Source: Leucoraja erinacea (taxonomy: Eukaryota). From it: 64,000 bases of DNA. The notes below the pieces were generated by a model. The model had not been told where the DNA came from. It searched no databases and saw only the letters and a list, made by a program, of their open reading frames with translations. Positions 26,641 to 40,267 of the stretch are shown here, piece by piece (the stretch's first letter is position 1; every line of letters begins with the position of its first letter). Both the position numbers and the translations under genes were made by a program. The stretch spans positions 60,760,001 through 60,824,000 of the forward strand of contig NC_073380.1 in assembly GCF_028641065.1 (NCBI RefSeq), given 5' to 3'.

Positions 26641-26905
26641 TTCTTCCTACATTCGCATCAGCTCATTCCAGAAACTACCAATCACCTACACACAAGGGGC
26701 AATTTATAGTAGCCAATTAATCTTCTGAGCAGCACGTCTTTGGAATGGGTGGGTGGGGGAGAAACTAAACCTAGGTTGTCATATAGAGAACATGCAAACT
26801 CTGCATTGTCAGCACCCAAGGTCAGGAGTGCACCCAGGTCACCGGAACTTCAAAGCAGCAGTTTTATTAGCTGTAGCATAGTGCTGCCACCTCACAGTTC
26901 AAATG

Positions 26906-27065
26906 NNNNNNNNNNNNNNNNNNNNNNNNNNNNNNNNNNNNNNNNNNNNNNNNNNNNNNNNNNNNNNNNNNNNNNNNNNNNNNNNNNNNNNNNNNNNNNN
27001 NNNNNNNNNNNNNNNNNNNNNNNNNNNNNNNNNNNNNNNNNNNNNNNNNNNNNNNNNNNNNNNNN
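26906..27065. other. Assembly gap (N run)
   Basis: Run of N. Confidence 1.
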
Positions 27066-27127
27066 TCTTATGTTCCCTTTCTAGTTTCTCTTTCAGCTTA
27101 CAGAATACATTTGTAACGAGCTTCGAT

Positions 27128-28170
27128 CACAATGGCAGGCAGTGACTAGTGGGGTACCGCAAGGCTCAGTGCTGGGACCCCAGCTATTTACAATATATAT
27201 TAATTATCTGGATGAGGGAATTGAAGGCAATATCTCCAAGTTTGCGGATGACACTAAGCTGGGGGGCAGTGTTAGCTGTGAGGAGGATGCTAGGAGACTG
27301 CAAGGTGACTTGGATAGGCTGGGTGAGTGGGCAAATGTTTGGCAGATGCCGTATAATGTGGATAAATGTGAGGTTATCCATTTTGGTGGCAAAAACAGGA
27401 AAGCAGACTATTATCTAAATGGTGGCCGATTGGGAAAGGGGTAGATGCAGCGAGACCTGGGTGTCATGGTACACCAGTCATTGAAGGTAGGCATGCAGGT
27501 GCAGCAGGCAGTAAAGAAAGCGAATGGTATGTTAGCTTTCATTGCAAAAGGATTTGAGTATAGGAGCAGGGAGGTTCTACTGCAGTTGTACAAGGTCTTG
27601 GTGAGACCACACCTGGAGTATTGCGTACAGTTTTGGTCTCCAAATCTGAGGAAGGACATTATTGCCATAGAGGGAGTGCAGAGACGGTTCACCAGACTGA
27701 TTCCTGGGATGTCAGGACTGTCTTATGAAGAAAGACTGGATAGACTTGGTTTATACTCTCTAGAATTTAGGAGATTGAGAGGGGATCTTATAGAAACTTA
27801 CAAAATTCTTAAGGGGTTGGACAGGCTAGATGCAGGAAGATTGTTCCCGATGTTAGGGAAGTCCAGGACAAGGGGTCACAGCTTAAGGATAAGGGGGAAA
27901 TCCTTTAAAACCGAGATGAGAAGAACTTTTTTCACACAGAGAGTGGTGAATCTCTGGAACTCTCTGCCACATAGGGTAGTTGAGGCCAGTTCATTGGCTA
28001 TATTTAAGAGGGAGTTAGATGTGGCCCTTGTGGCTAAGGGAATCAGGGGGTATGGAGAGAAGGCAGGTACGGGATACTGAGTTGGATGATCAGCCATGAT
28101 CATATTGAATGGCGGTGCATGCTCGAAGGACCGAATGGCCTACTCCTGCACCTAATTTCTATGTTTCTAT
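27128..28170 (+). mobile_element. Young 5'-truncated CR1 LINE
   Basis: Nearly identical to 688-1771; one premature TAG at 27442-27444; tail tttctatgtttctat. Confidence 0.93.
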
Positions 28171-28309
28171 AGTTGCTCCAAAACATTTATTACTTTTATT
28201 CCTTGTACTCTGGCACAATAACATTTCTGCTGTTGTAAATAACTTACAATAACTTGTAATCATTTTATAGAGACTCACCACGCTTTATAATATCCATTTC
28301 GATATGAAA

Positions 28310-29226
28310 TCAAGAATGATCCATGGGTTCTACGGTTCCTTCTATTTCCTGACTATCCATTTCTTCAAGGTCTTCATTCAAAAGGGTTGAATCTTGTACC
28401 TTGCATGATGGTATAGATGAATAAGATAAGAGTTCCACACCAGTTGTTGTTTCCATACCTAAATTTTCATTATCACCTACTTGTGGAGTGCCTGGTTCTT
28501 GCTGCGGGGCATCCGTTTGAGGACCTTCAGTTCTTGTTACTAATGGGACAGAGGAAGTTGTGTATTGCATCTTTGTTTCATGAATATCACTAGGAATTGA
28601 TTCTTCTGCACTCTGATCCCTCAAGTGTTTATCCATGGAAGCTTGAATAGAAGATACCATCTCCTGTAACTTCTTACGTTGTGCTTCAACTAAATTGGGA
28701 TCAAGTTGCCTACCATCACGCATTGTTACAAAACCAGGCGCCATTCGTATTAGCTGACTATCTCCACCACTGGATTTTGGTGGGGAAGCCTCTTGCTTAG
28801 CACTTGACTTTCCAATAGCACAATTAAGGTCTGTTGCTGAGGAAGTGCCTGTACTTTGTTTTCTATGCATCTGCATTTCCCTGCTATGCCTCTGCTCCAA
28901 CTGTGGGCTACTTGAAGCAGTCCCTAGGGAATGGCCTTTTCCTTGGAAAGCTGTGACATTTGGCATTTGTTCAGACTTTTTTCGCACTACTCCTCCACTT
29001 CCAAGTTTCATCCCTCCATGCGAGGAAGGACTTCCCTCTCTACTTCTTGGTCCTCCCTCAGATCGTAACTGACTTAATGCCTCTTTGATCATATTGTCAA
29101 TGTCCGGGCCAATAGGGATATGTCCTGCTGGATCAATGCACAGCTCCAGTCTATTGTCTGTCCCATTATACACAAATGTTTTACCAGGAAGGTGTGGAAG
29201 TGTGAAGTGCTTGCCATTTGCCAAAC
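28310..29226 (-). CDS. VCPIP1: VCPIP1 coding exon 3 to the stop codon
   Basis: Acceptor cttgtacttAG at 29228-29227. Encodes LANGKHFTLPHLPGKTFVYN...AFQGKGHSLG...LVEAQRKKLQEMVSSIQASMD...EPMDHS*. CDS total 2608+87+917=3612 nt, i.e. 1203 aa plus stop. Confidence 0.95.
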
Positions 29227-32027
29227 CTAAGTACAAGAATGAATAGCAAAAATAAAATATTAGTATCTGTTTTTAATTTTAAAAAGAGGTATTATGATTT
29301 TCTTTAAGTAATTGCTTTCCCATTCAAGAAAAGCGGGATATATTTGGTAGAAGTGCACTGTCATGTGTGTTTCAAAGCAGCATATGACTTAAGTGTCAAT
29401 GGATCTGCTAAGAACTATAGGTTGCAAATAATGGCAAACCTATTTTGCACACAAATACCAATTCAAACATTTATATTTACCAGGGTTTACAGACACGTGA
29501 AAGTGCTCTGGCCTTGCTTTCATAAATCTGCAGCAAACAAATGGTTTGATCCAGCTGCATCACATAAAACTGCAGTTGCTGGAATCTTGAGCAAAGTGCA
29601 ATGTGCAGGAGGAGCTCAGCGGAACACGCAGCATCTGTGGAGGGAACAGTCATCAGTCTGACGTCGTGTTTCAACCTGAAACATTGCCTGTCCAGTCCCC
29701 CATCTGATGCTGCCTGACCCACTGAGTTCCATCAGCACTTTGTTTTTCCACATAAAATATTATCAGACTCAACTGTGCTGTTACTTCTGTATTACTGCTG
29801 AAGTTGCAGCAGCAACAGCAGGGTATGAACAGCTCCTAGAAAATCCCAGCCAATATTTCCCGCTTTTCTGAAATTTAAATGTTTTATTTGAAAGTTAACT
29901 GACAAATTCTCAAATTATCCAGTTTGTTTGCAAGATTAAAAAGACACAACTTAAAAGACATGCAAAATGTACAATTAAATTGTTTTTAAGAAATAATAGT
30001 TTGGAATTTTGAGATAAATGAAAGCAGCTGCAGGCATATGCATTGCATGTCATAAGTGTCGAAAGTTTCTCACACAAGTGCTCAAAGACAGTTTAATCAT
30101 GAAAAATAATATTGTTAAATAAACTTTAATTACTTCATGGAATAAACACTATTTAAGACATTAAAACTCTAATCTGGTATGGGAAGTAAGAAATACATTT
30201 TTCTTCCAAAGTTTACTGATTACATTTGTTTATTTTTATTAGCCTTTTTTCTAGTAGTTACTCAATATTGATGTGTTTTCCCACCATTTTCTTTGCTTCC
30301 AAATTTACTATTACCCAACTTTTGGACTCATATTTTGCTGCTTCACATTGAGCCGAGTTGTTATGGCTGGACCATGGCAGAAAGCAATTGTGCTCATACA
30401 GAATACATTTGAAATAATATAATTAAGTCTGGGCTAAAAGAACGGGGCATGGGTTGGCTTGTGGAAGTTAAAAACAAAAATGCAAAATCTAAAAACTTTT
30501 AAACCATTCAAAGTAAAGACAACTTTAAAGATACAATTAAATAAAAAAATTCTGAAAGCACCATTATGAAAAAGAACATACTGTTCATTTTAATAAACTT
30601 TACACATGAAAGTAGGCCTTGAAAAGGTGCTAGGTTATACTTCAACAAAATAATCATTAATGAAATTAATAAACTGGCCACCCATGACACCCATTGTACT
30701 AATAATTAATTTATAAAACTACATGGGAGTCAAGATTGATTTCAGCTTTTACTAAGTAAAATGCTATTTTAATTACATAATATTTTACTGATAATAAAAG
30801 GTAGAAACTGGCATATTAAGTAGCAAAGAAGGAAAATAAAGACAGAAGATGAACAGTCTAAAAAAGTCTTGGACCTAAAGATAGAGCAAAAACTGGTGCA
30901 TTATGGATTGGTGAAATTAAAATCAGATACACTTGAAATAAACTAATGAAATTAAAGCTGAAAATACAAACTAAATAATACTTACGGGAGGCATTAGTGA
31001 TTTCAAGAAATTGAAATATTAAAAATACATCAGCCTTACATTGAGTAAAGATCTCTAACCATTCTACACAAGAAAATGAATGGGCTCTGGAAAGATATGG
31101 GCAATTCAAAAGAGCTCTGAGGTTTGAAGTAGACTATATTTTACAGATATAAATTCATAATGCAAATGTAGTGGATGTTGTGTTTGCATGATGGCAAATC
31201 ATGCACATGCAAGCTTGTTAATTAAAATTATAACACGTGGTATCCAAATGAATGCATGAACAAATTTAGTACAGCCAACAAAACAGGGTCTTGTGATCAA
31301 TGGTTATTTTTAAAACTGGACCAATGTCAACTTCTAGGAGTAAACATTTGAAACTTACCAAAGTATTAGCATCCCAACAAACCAAAAGAAGTAAAGTGCA
31401 AGGTTAACTCAGAGGAGAATGACACGAGGCATACATGAATATATCCAGCTTGGAGTGACCTAAACTTGAAGGACATTAAGACTATAATTTTTTTTTAACC
31501 ATGTCACTTAAAAAAAGTACTTATTTTCCATTTTAGAAAGTTTGCATGTTTTTTTTTCAATCCAGTAAAGAGCTGCATAGGTTCAAGATGAAAGGGACAA
31601 TATTTAATAGGAATCTGAGGGGGTAACTTTTTCACACAAAGGGTGGTGGGTGTATCGAACAAGCTGCCAGATGAGGTAGTCGAGGCTGGGACTATCCCAA
31701 CATTTAAAAACAATTAGACAGGTACATGGATAGGACAGGTTTGGAGGGATATGGACCAAGCACAGGCAGGTGGAACTAGTGTAGCTGGGACATGTTGGAC
31801 AGTGTGGGCAAGTTGGTCAAAGGGCCTGTATCCATACTGTATCACTCTATGACCATGTGATGCAGCTTTTGAAGCAGCATAAAGCTTTAAACATTAACTG
31901 ATAATGCAGACGTTTTTCAGCAAATATTCATGTTCAGATACATCTTTGTTATGTTGCACTTGGAAAAATATTTTCCTCCTTACTGAGGATTGTACAGTGA
32001 TGAAAACTGCAATGAGACTCAACTTAC

Positions 32028-32114
32028 CCACATCTTTCTTCATTGCATTATAGAACACTCCACCTTCTTCAAATAAGTATGGTAGCTTTTTTGCATACGA
32101 CCAAACATCCTCCC
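32028..32114 (-). CDS. VCPIP1: VCPIP1 coding exon 2 (87 nt)
   Basis: Encodes (G)EDVWSYAKKLPYLFEEGGVFYNAMKKDV(G). Acceptor tgtgtAG at 32116-32115, donor GTAAGT at 32027. Phase 1-1 keeps the frame with exons 1 and 3. Confidence 0.95.
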
Positions 32115-35100
32115 CTACACATTGCAAAGAAGAAGTTATAGTTCAAAGCAACTGAACAATTGTACCAATAAATTATTTGCTTTACCATTTTGTAATTAGA
32201 GATAAGAATACAATAATGAATAAAACCATCAGCAATTAATCTGAAACCAAAATATTTTTAAAATAATTTTTCACTCATGCATTGTTAATTTTCATCTATT
32301 GGAATGGAAAGTTTTAACCAGAAAATTAGATTGATAGCCCAACCTCAGGCCCCCACCAAAATACTCAAAGCAGACAGAAGGAAATGAGCAGAAATAGTTT
32401 GATTTATTTGCCCAGGGATATCGATTACGTTTTATGTCCAACTTGGTTAAACCTGCTTACAAAAATAAAAGTGGAAATGTAAATCACATTGCATCTACTA
32501 CATAATAATCAAAGCCATTTGAAAAATAAATAAATCTCAGTAGCAAGTGTTATAAGATTTAGTTAGACATTCCGACCCATCAGAGAACAATTTTCAACAA
32601 TGCAATAAATAAACTGCAAATATGTAGAGAAATGTTAAATTGTGAATTATGTACTATGATTGATATTTTAATCACCGAGCAATTTTACCACTAAATTGAT
32701 CTATACAAAGAATTACAAATGGGTTCACTGGGAAAAATTACTTGGGCAACCAAGTCTACACTTTCTGAGAAAGAGCTATTCAGGCTGATCCTCCTGCGCA
32801 CCTCAGCCTATAACCCTGCAGGTTAAGTTCTACCAACAATGTTCTACTTCCACCATCCAAAACAATTGAGTGTTCCACTTCAAAATTGTCCTCAAGTTCT
32901 CTGTAATCCTATTACTGCTTAACAAGTCAAAATAACCCTGTCTAGAGAATTGCATCCTTCCTCTAGTCTACACAGATGAGATTTTATAACATTATATATC
33001 ACATGTAAGTTTGTTGTAAATGAAACAATCATAGTGAACCCATAAATAAACTCCAACACTAGCATCCTTGTAAAACTCATCTGTGCTTTTTCCAATAGAT
33101 ATCACACCCTTCCTGTAAATGACCTAAAAACTTAGCTGGAGGAACTCGGCGTGTAAGGCAGCATCTATGGAGAGAAGGAATAGGCGACGTTTCGGGTCGA
33201 GCCCCTTCTTAGCAGGACTTGGTAGCCTAATCAAGGTTTTATACAATTCAAGCAAAAACCTCTAACCTTACAATGGCAATGAAGGAAAGTATCCCATACA
33301 CCTTCTTAACCACTGTAATTTAACAGTCATGCAATATTCAGGGATCAGTAGACAGAAAGTCCCGGATCCCTCCATTTTCCCACATTGTTTTAGTAGCCTA
33401 CTTTTGTCTTTTTAATTCCAAATACTTTTCCCTTCAAAATTATTTGGTTTAAAATATATTTCCTTGCTTTTCCACACATTAGGAATATCAATTTGATAAC
33501 TGTCTGGTCCATGTTTATCCTACTTATTATCAAACATGCATTCAATTTTTAAGTCACATCTTCATTCAATTCTAACTTTAGCAGTTGCCTTTATGGAATT
33601 AGTATGTTCTTTCCACAAGCACATTGGTTTCCCCTCACCTCCCAAAGATGTGCGAGTTGGTAGGTTAATTGGCCACTAATGTGCACGCGAGTGGCAGAAT
33701 CTAAGGGAACTTGAAAAGAATGTGGGAGGAATTTAAAATAAAACCTGGGATTAATACAGGATTAGTGTAAAAAAAAAGGTTAATGATTGATGCAGACTTG
33801 ATAGGCTGAAGCCAATTTTTTCAGTGCTAAATCTCTTTCTATGAGGTAAACCAACACATCTATCTGTCAGTTTCACGTAGAGTATCCAAGAATTCAAGTC
33901 CAGTTCTATTGTTTGTAACAAGCTCAGTAGTGAATATAGCCAGGGTTCCAGTTAAGTGGATATCAAAGTTGTTCATCTTAAACATTGCGTCTTCACAATT
34001 TGTACTTTGGTACATTTTCTTCAATACAAGTGAAGAAACGCAGTACATTATTACTGATTTACAAAATAAATGTAACTAGTAATTTATTCACAAACTTAAA
34101 CAGATGGGATCTTCTTATGTAGTCTAAGGCGTGTATTAGCTTTGGCCTGTATTTTAGGCAAAAATGTATAAATCTTTAGTTTAGTTTACCGAGGTCCAGT
34201 GAAAAGCTTTTGTTGCATGCTAACCAGTCAGCGGATAAAGAATACATGATTACAATCGAGCCATTCACAATGTACAGATACATGATAAGGGAATACTCAC
34301 AGGATAATAAAAAATGATTAATAAAAATGTTAAATTTACGCCAATTAGTATGTACATCATAAAATAAAAATATATACAGGTACTGCAGGAAGCTTAGGAA
34401 GGAGTTTAAGCCAAACTGTTCAGCTTAATTGAAAGAAACAATCTCATATAACTATGTTGTGATTGCTTAATTTAGGACTTTAAATAGGAATCAGTAAACT
34501 TAGCTCATTATGTCCCCATTGCAACGAGGAATGTACAATATTTTAACTGTCACAGGTATATTTAGTCATTTGGTGCTTACATATTTTTTATTACAAACAA
34601 CCAAAAAAAGACCACCAACAGAAAGATGCTGCTCACTATTATCAATGAACAATAGTAGCTGAAATGTGTTTTGGCCTAGTGACTATAGGCTATGGAATAT
34701 GCATTTATGCATGCACTGCACTTCTAGGATCTTCAGCATTGCCTCAGCAAGATCAAACACACAGCGAAACGTTCTGCCATCACCAAGTTCTTAAACTAAA
34801 CAGCATTACCATGTTGCTGCAATATATTTAATACATGCAACAGATTTCCACTGGAAGGCCACGTTATACATTTTCCTAGCACCTACATTCTTCATTCCAC
34901 CAAATTTACCTTCTGATTCCGAGCCAATCACCCAACCAACTCAGCCGCAAAGACAAGAGGCAAGGCTATGAATGTCAACAGGGCCTTGAATGTCCTTACG
35001 TAGGTCAATGGGTAGACTAGAAATAGTACCATCCACAAAGCTCCTTTGAAACATTTCACAAATGACAAAACATTACCCCCACTTCTGCCATTCTTTTAAA

Positions 35101-36337
35101 TTTGTCGATTTCTCAGAAATATTTGAAAACCATATTAAAAACAATTTAAAGTTACACGCAATAAATATACAAAATCTTTAATAAAAGCATAAAATCCAAA
35201 CAAAAATAATTTTAAAACAAATGCTGCTTCTCATAATATACTTCTTTGCCAAAGCTCTACAATCCCTAAAATAATGGGCTCACTTATCCTATGGAGAGCA
35301 ATAGCAGAATGATATTGGGAAACAATTGACATAACATAATTAACATGCTGACCATGCAACCCCACCAGGACAACAGACCTCGATGGTCAGATTAAGATCC
35401 CTGCACTTATAACTGGGACTTGAAAATGCCACCAAACTGGCGACGCTGTATACCTGCTGTATACTGACTCAGTGCACTACTGCAAAACACTTGTACTGTA
35501 TCTGAGATACTAATCTAATATATATCTAAGTACTTATGTAAATGATACGTACTGAACTGTATTCAAAAATGAATTTCACTGTACATGTGACAAATAAAGT
35601 ATAAAGTAAAGTACCACCTCCAATCCTAAACTAACTCCTGCAATATTGAAAATATTACTTTCAATGTATGTGCATTGAGTTTTGTAGAAAGGCCAAATTG
35701 AAGCAACTTAATCTGCTCAATAAACAAATAGCAATATTTTTCAACTAATTAAACATTCAACATTTTATATTAACCAATTACATGCTTTTTCATGAATACA
35801 AATGACTGTATTAAATGGTGGATGTAAAAACAATAATGTATTGGGAGGAAAGATTCATCTGCAGATCTAAATTTATTTAACTAATGACACTTGACACTTT
35901 TTTCAATATTTACTGAAGAGTATTCCAAAAATTGCAACTATTAAGCCTCATTTTAATATTTATTTGGCCCAAATCTACGTAAAATTGACCTAATATTGGA
36001 AAAACCAAGGGTTTAATTAGAAAAGTAATTTAAAGAAACCCAGCAATCCCATTCAAGTAAACTTGCAAGTCTTATTAAATTATAAGTTGCAATGTTAGCT
36101 ACTACCAGTTAAAAACAGGTGCATGACAATGTTAACCGTGTGCAGAAGATTCACACTTTAAACACAAGTTTATGCTGAGTTTTAACTAATCACACATTAA
36201 ATACATCCTTGGGTAATTTATTAACCATGAACAAAATCTGATTTGAATCTTTACACTTGCAAAATTGAATGAATGTATCATTGTAATTTAACTATACCTC
36301 TGTATCAGCTATGGCTCGATGGCAGCATTCCTTTCCG

Positions 36338-36949
36338 AGGCATGTTGGCCTTCATTGGAGAAGATTTGAATATAGTTGTACAGGGCCCTGGTGACACCAC
36401 ACCTGGAGTATTGTGTACAGTTTTGGTCTCCTAATTTGAGGAAGGACATTCTAGTTGTTGAGGGAGTGCCGCGTACGTTCACCAAGTTAATTTCCGGGAT
36501 GGCGGGACTGACATATGATGAAAGAATGGGTCAACTGGGCCTGTATTCACTTGAATTTAGGAGAGTGAGAGGGGATCCTATAGAAACATATAAAATTCTT
36601 AAGGGATTGGACAGGCTAGATGCAGGGAAAATGTTCCTCATGTTGGGGGAAGTCCAGAACCAGGGATCACAGGTTAAGAATAAGGGGTAGGCCATTTAGG
36701 ACTGAGATGAGGAAAAACGTTTTCACCCAGTTGTGAATCTGTGGAATTCTCTGCCACAGAAGGCAATAGAGGCTAATTCACTGGATGTTTTCAAGAGAGA
36801 GTTAGATTTAGCTCTTAGAGCTAACGGATTCAACGGAAATGGGGAAAAAGCAGGAAGGGAGCACTGATCTAGAATGATTAGCCATGATCATACTGAATGG
36901 CGGTGCTGGCTTGAATGGCCTACACCTGCGCCTATTTTCTATGTTTCTA
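36338..36949 (+). mobile_element. CR1 LINE 3' fragment
   Basis: PHLEYCVQFWSP..RGDPIETYKILKG; tail ttttctatgtttcta. Confidence 0.88.
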
Positions 36950-37468
36950 AAAGGAGGAGGATTCAAATCCCACTCCAATAACTCGAGTAAAGGCTGGACT
37001 GACATTTCAGCACTGCACCAAGAGGCACTGTACTTCTGGAGGTCTTGCCTTTGAAAAATACACCGCACCAAGCACAGGCATTCAAGATAAATAGCTTACA
37101 ATGCTACATGATTCTACAAATTTAATAAATATTCCCTCATTATTTTAAGTTACTGATATTCATATACTTTTTAATGTATATGTGAAGAAAAATAGGCCGA
37201 AAAACCGGGCATTCCATCTGAGCTCAACCCATGTCTGTAGGCCTTGATACAGATGCACAAATCCAATTGTTGGGAGTCTCTCAAAGACAGAGTAAGGCAA
37301 TGAGACACTGCAAAACCTCCATGGCAATCAGGTATATTGTTGAGGCTCCATCCACAGAAAACTCTGGCAGTATTTGATGGAAACAGGGACGGACCCAGCT
37401 TGAGGGGACCATCGTGAGGGAGGTGGGGGGACCATCCTGAGGGGGGGAGGTGTAGGACGATAGACAAT

Positions 37469-37513
<45 letters not shown>

Positions 37514-38046
37514 CGAGAAAGGGGAATGGGGGGACTCAGCGGGGGGGAACTGTTAGGGCAGGGGGGGAAACAAAAGGGGGAGCCGGCCGGCGTGCTTTAT
37601 AACTTTGTCAGCACCGTAGTTGGCTGCTATTGTATACATTGGGTATGCAAGCAAAGTGACAATAAAGTATTCCTATTCCTGTGATGAGTCCACTTTGACT
37701 TGAGCTATAGAGCAGATGTCCAACTTGGGCCAGACAAGCTCATGACATACTTAAGGCTCTGGTTGCCTATGACTCGTTATTATGCCATCAAACACAGCAA
37801 TAAATAAATTACAGAAGCATAACAATAATCTAAGGGGCAAAGAGGAGGGAAGAGTTTTTGACGATTGAGAGAACTTTCTTGATCAGCCTGTTTCTGACCC
37901 AATGAGAATACCAATATTAGTTCAAGTCCAAGTTCAAGTGAGTTTATTGTCATGTGGCCCTGTATAGGACAATGAAATTCTTGCTTTGCTTCAGCACACA
38001 GAACATAGTAGGCATTTACTACAAAACAGATAAGTGTGTCCATATA

Positions 38047-39391
38047 CAGGTGCACAACCTTTTATCCGAAATTCCGGAAACCGAAAAGCTCCGAAAATCG
38101 GACATTTTCGGTCCTGGAAAAAAGGGAGGGTATATTGCCCGGGAGAGTAGGAATCCCTAGACCTAGTACAGTGAGCGTCCACCGAGGGTCGCCCGGAGAG
38201 GTTCCGCGGTCACCTCTCCGGGTGACCCTCGGTGAACGCTCACTGAACTAGGTCTAGGGATTCACAAAAATGCTGGAGAAACTCCGCGGGTGCAGCAGCA
38301 TCTATGGAGCGAAGGAAATAGGTAACGCTTCGGGCCGAAACCCTTCCTCAGACTGCCCTATCAGTCCCCCCTATCAGTCTGAGGAAGGGTTTCGGCAAAG
38401 GGAGGGGAGAGAAGGGAAAAGAGAGAGGAAGGATCTGCCGGACATGCTGTGTTTGTGTGTGTGTTTGTTTGGCGGAGTCTGAGGGGAGAAACGCCGACAC
38501 TAAGAGCGAACGAACGCGCGGACAGAATGGACAAAAGCAACGATCATAGGTCAGAATAGGTGACCAAAGGTGACATTTCGGGTCGAGACCCCTCTTCTGA
38601 CTGACTCAGGGGAAAGAGGAGAAAGAGCTATGGACAGTACTAAGGACAAGTGAATGGAAGATATGCCGATATCTCCCGTTTCCCTTGACTATCAGTCTGA
38701 AGAAGGGTCTCGACCCGAAATGTCTACCAACGCCGCTCTATGAACGTTGCTTTCGTCCTTTCGTCCTCCTGTCCACGCTTTCGCTCGCTCTTGGTGCCGG
38801 CGCTCCTCCCCTCATGGCAGCTATTGAAAAAGTCGACCCGAAATATCACCTATTTCCTCCTATTATCACATATTCCTCATCAGAGATGCAGCCTGATTCG
38901 CTGATTTACTCCAGCCTTTTGTGTCTGTCTTCGGTTTAATCAGCATCTGCAGTATGTGCCGTTTAAAAAGTACAAGGCATGTGCCGTTTAAAAAGGAAGT
39001 GGTAAAAAACATTTAAAACATTTAATAACACTTAAACTGTTCCCCCGCAACGCTGCGAGAGGCATAACTGAAGTCGGGTCGGGGTTACTGAAATGAGGGA
39101 GGTTACGCTCCGGTGCGGACTACGTGTCAGTTTATTGTATTTCGCAGGAGTGGACCATCTAGCGCGGGGCCCCCTTAGGCGCGGGGCCCAATTGGGAGAA
39201 ATAGGTCCTATCGGCTAAAGGCCGGCCCTGACCGGGATCGAGGCACAAACTCGCGGCCACGAGCCGAGCACTTTAGCACTGAGCCACATGCTAAAATCTA
39301 CGCTAAAAACCTTCCGTTCGGAAAACCGAAAAATCCCGAAATCCGAGAAGTGTCTGGTCCCAAGGCTTTCAGATAAAAGGTTGTGCACCTG
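38047..39391. mobile_element. Non-autonomous Tc1/mariner-pogo-type element A with composite cargo
   Basis: TIRs CAGGTGCACAACCTTTTATC / GATAAAAGGTTGTGCACCTG with TA on both sides; no transposase ORF. Confidence 0.85.
38151..38263. repeat. 113-bp near-perfect palindrome
   Basis: 52-bp arms gaatccctagacctagt...ccggagaggt / acctctccgg...actaggtctagggattc with 3 mismatches and a 9-nt loop. Confidence 0.92.
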
Positions 39392-40267
39392 TACCATGAT
39401 ATAAATATATACACACATGAATAAATAAACTGATAAAGTGCAAATAACAGATAATGGTTATTACTAATCAGAGTTTTGTCCGAGCCAGGTTTAATAGCCT
39501 GATGGCTGTGGGGAAGTAGCTATTCCTGAACCTGGTTGTTGCAGTCTTCAGGCTCCTGTACCTTCTACCTGAAGGTAGCAGGGAGATGGGTGTGTGGCCA
39601 GGATGGTGTGGGTCTTTGATGATACTGCCAGCCTTTTTGAGGCAGTGACTGTGATAAATCCCCTCGATGGAAGGAAGGTCAGAGCTCATGATGGACTGGG
39701 CAGTGTTTACTACTTTTTGTAGTCTTTTCCTCTCCAGGGCGCTCAAATTGCCGAACCACTATTATTGCACTTGAGTCTCAGTAAGGAGCTGTCATTTCAT
39801 CCAGAGGTTTAGACCAGCAATAGAAAAATGATATTCACCATTTCCAGATAAGGTAGTCCGATGTAACATGGCCAATTTTAATGGAGTGATAACAGGTTTG
39901 ATCGAGGTAAACTATGACCAATCCTTGTCAGGTAAATCTGTAATTGAACAGTGTTTAAAATAGAGATGTCTGTGTATATTGTCACAAGGGAGAAAGGCAA
40001 AGAAATTAAAAGCAATGCTGGATGGATGACCAAAAAGGATGGCAACTAAAATGAATCAGAAGGGGGCAAAAGGCGCAAACATAGGCAAACCCACTAATTC
40101 AGGAAGATCAGAGGAGAAGCAAAACTAAAATAAATGAGGAGAAAAGAGAGAGCATGAGAAAAACCTGGCAGCAATTATAACATGGAATCTCAAAGTTGTA
40201 CAGGGTTGTGAACAGGAAAATAGTTGTGAGAGATGTTTGGGCTGAACAGAGATCAAAAATGAAATTT

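Larger units (their letters stand above)
37920..39760 (-). mobile_element. Rex1/Babar-type LINE 3' end interrupted by a TIR element
   Basis: ORF 39468-39746 LQKVVNTAQSI..IKDPHHPGH..LLPSGRRYRSL..TTRFRNSYFPTAIRLLN. The 3'UTR continues left of 38045 to aataaac and a (cttgaa)-like tail. Confidence 0.78.

Noticed and set aside
37468-37511. Long poly-G run as a functional G-quadruplex
   Set aside because: Homopolymer length is unreliable and it probably lies inside a repeat.
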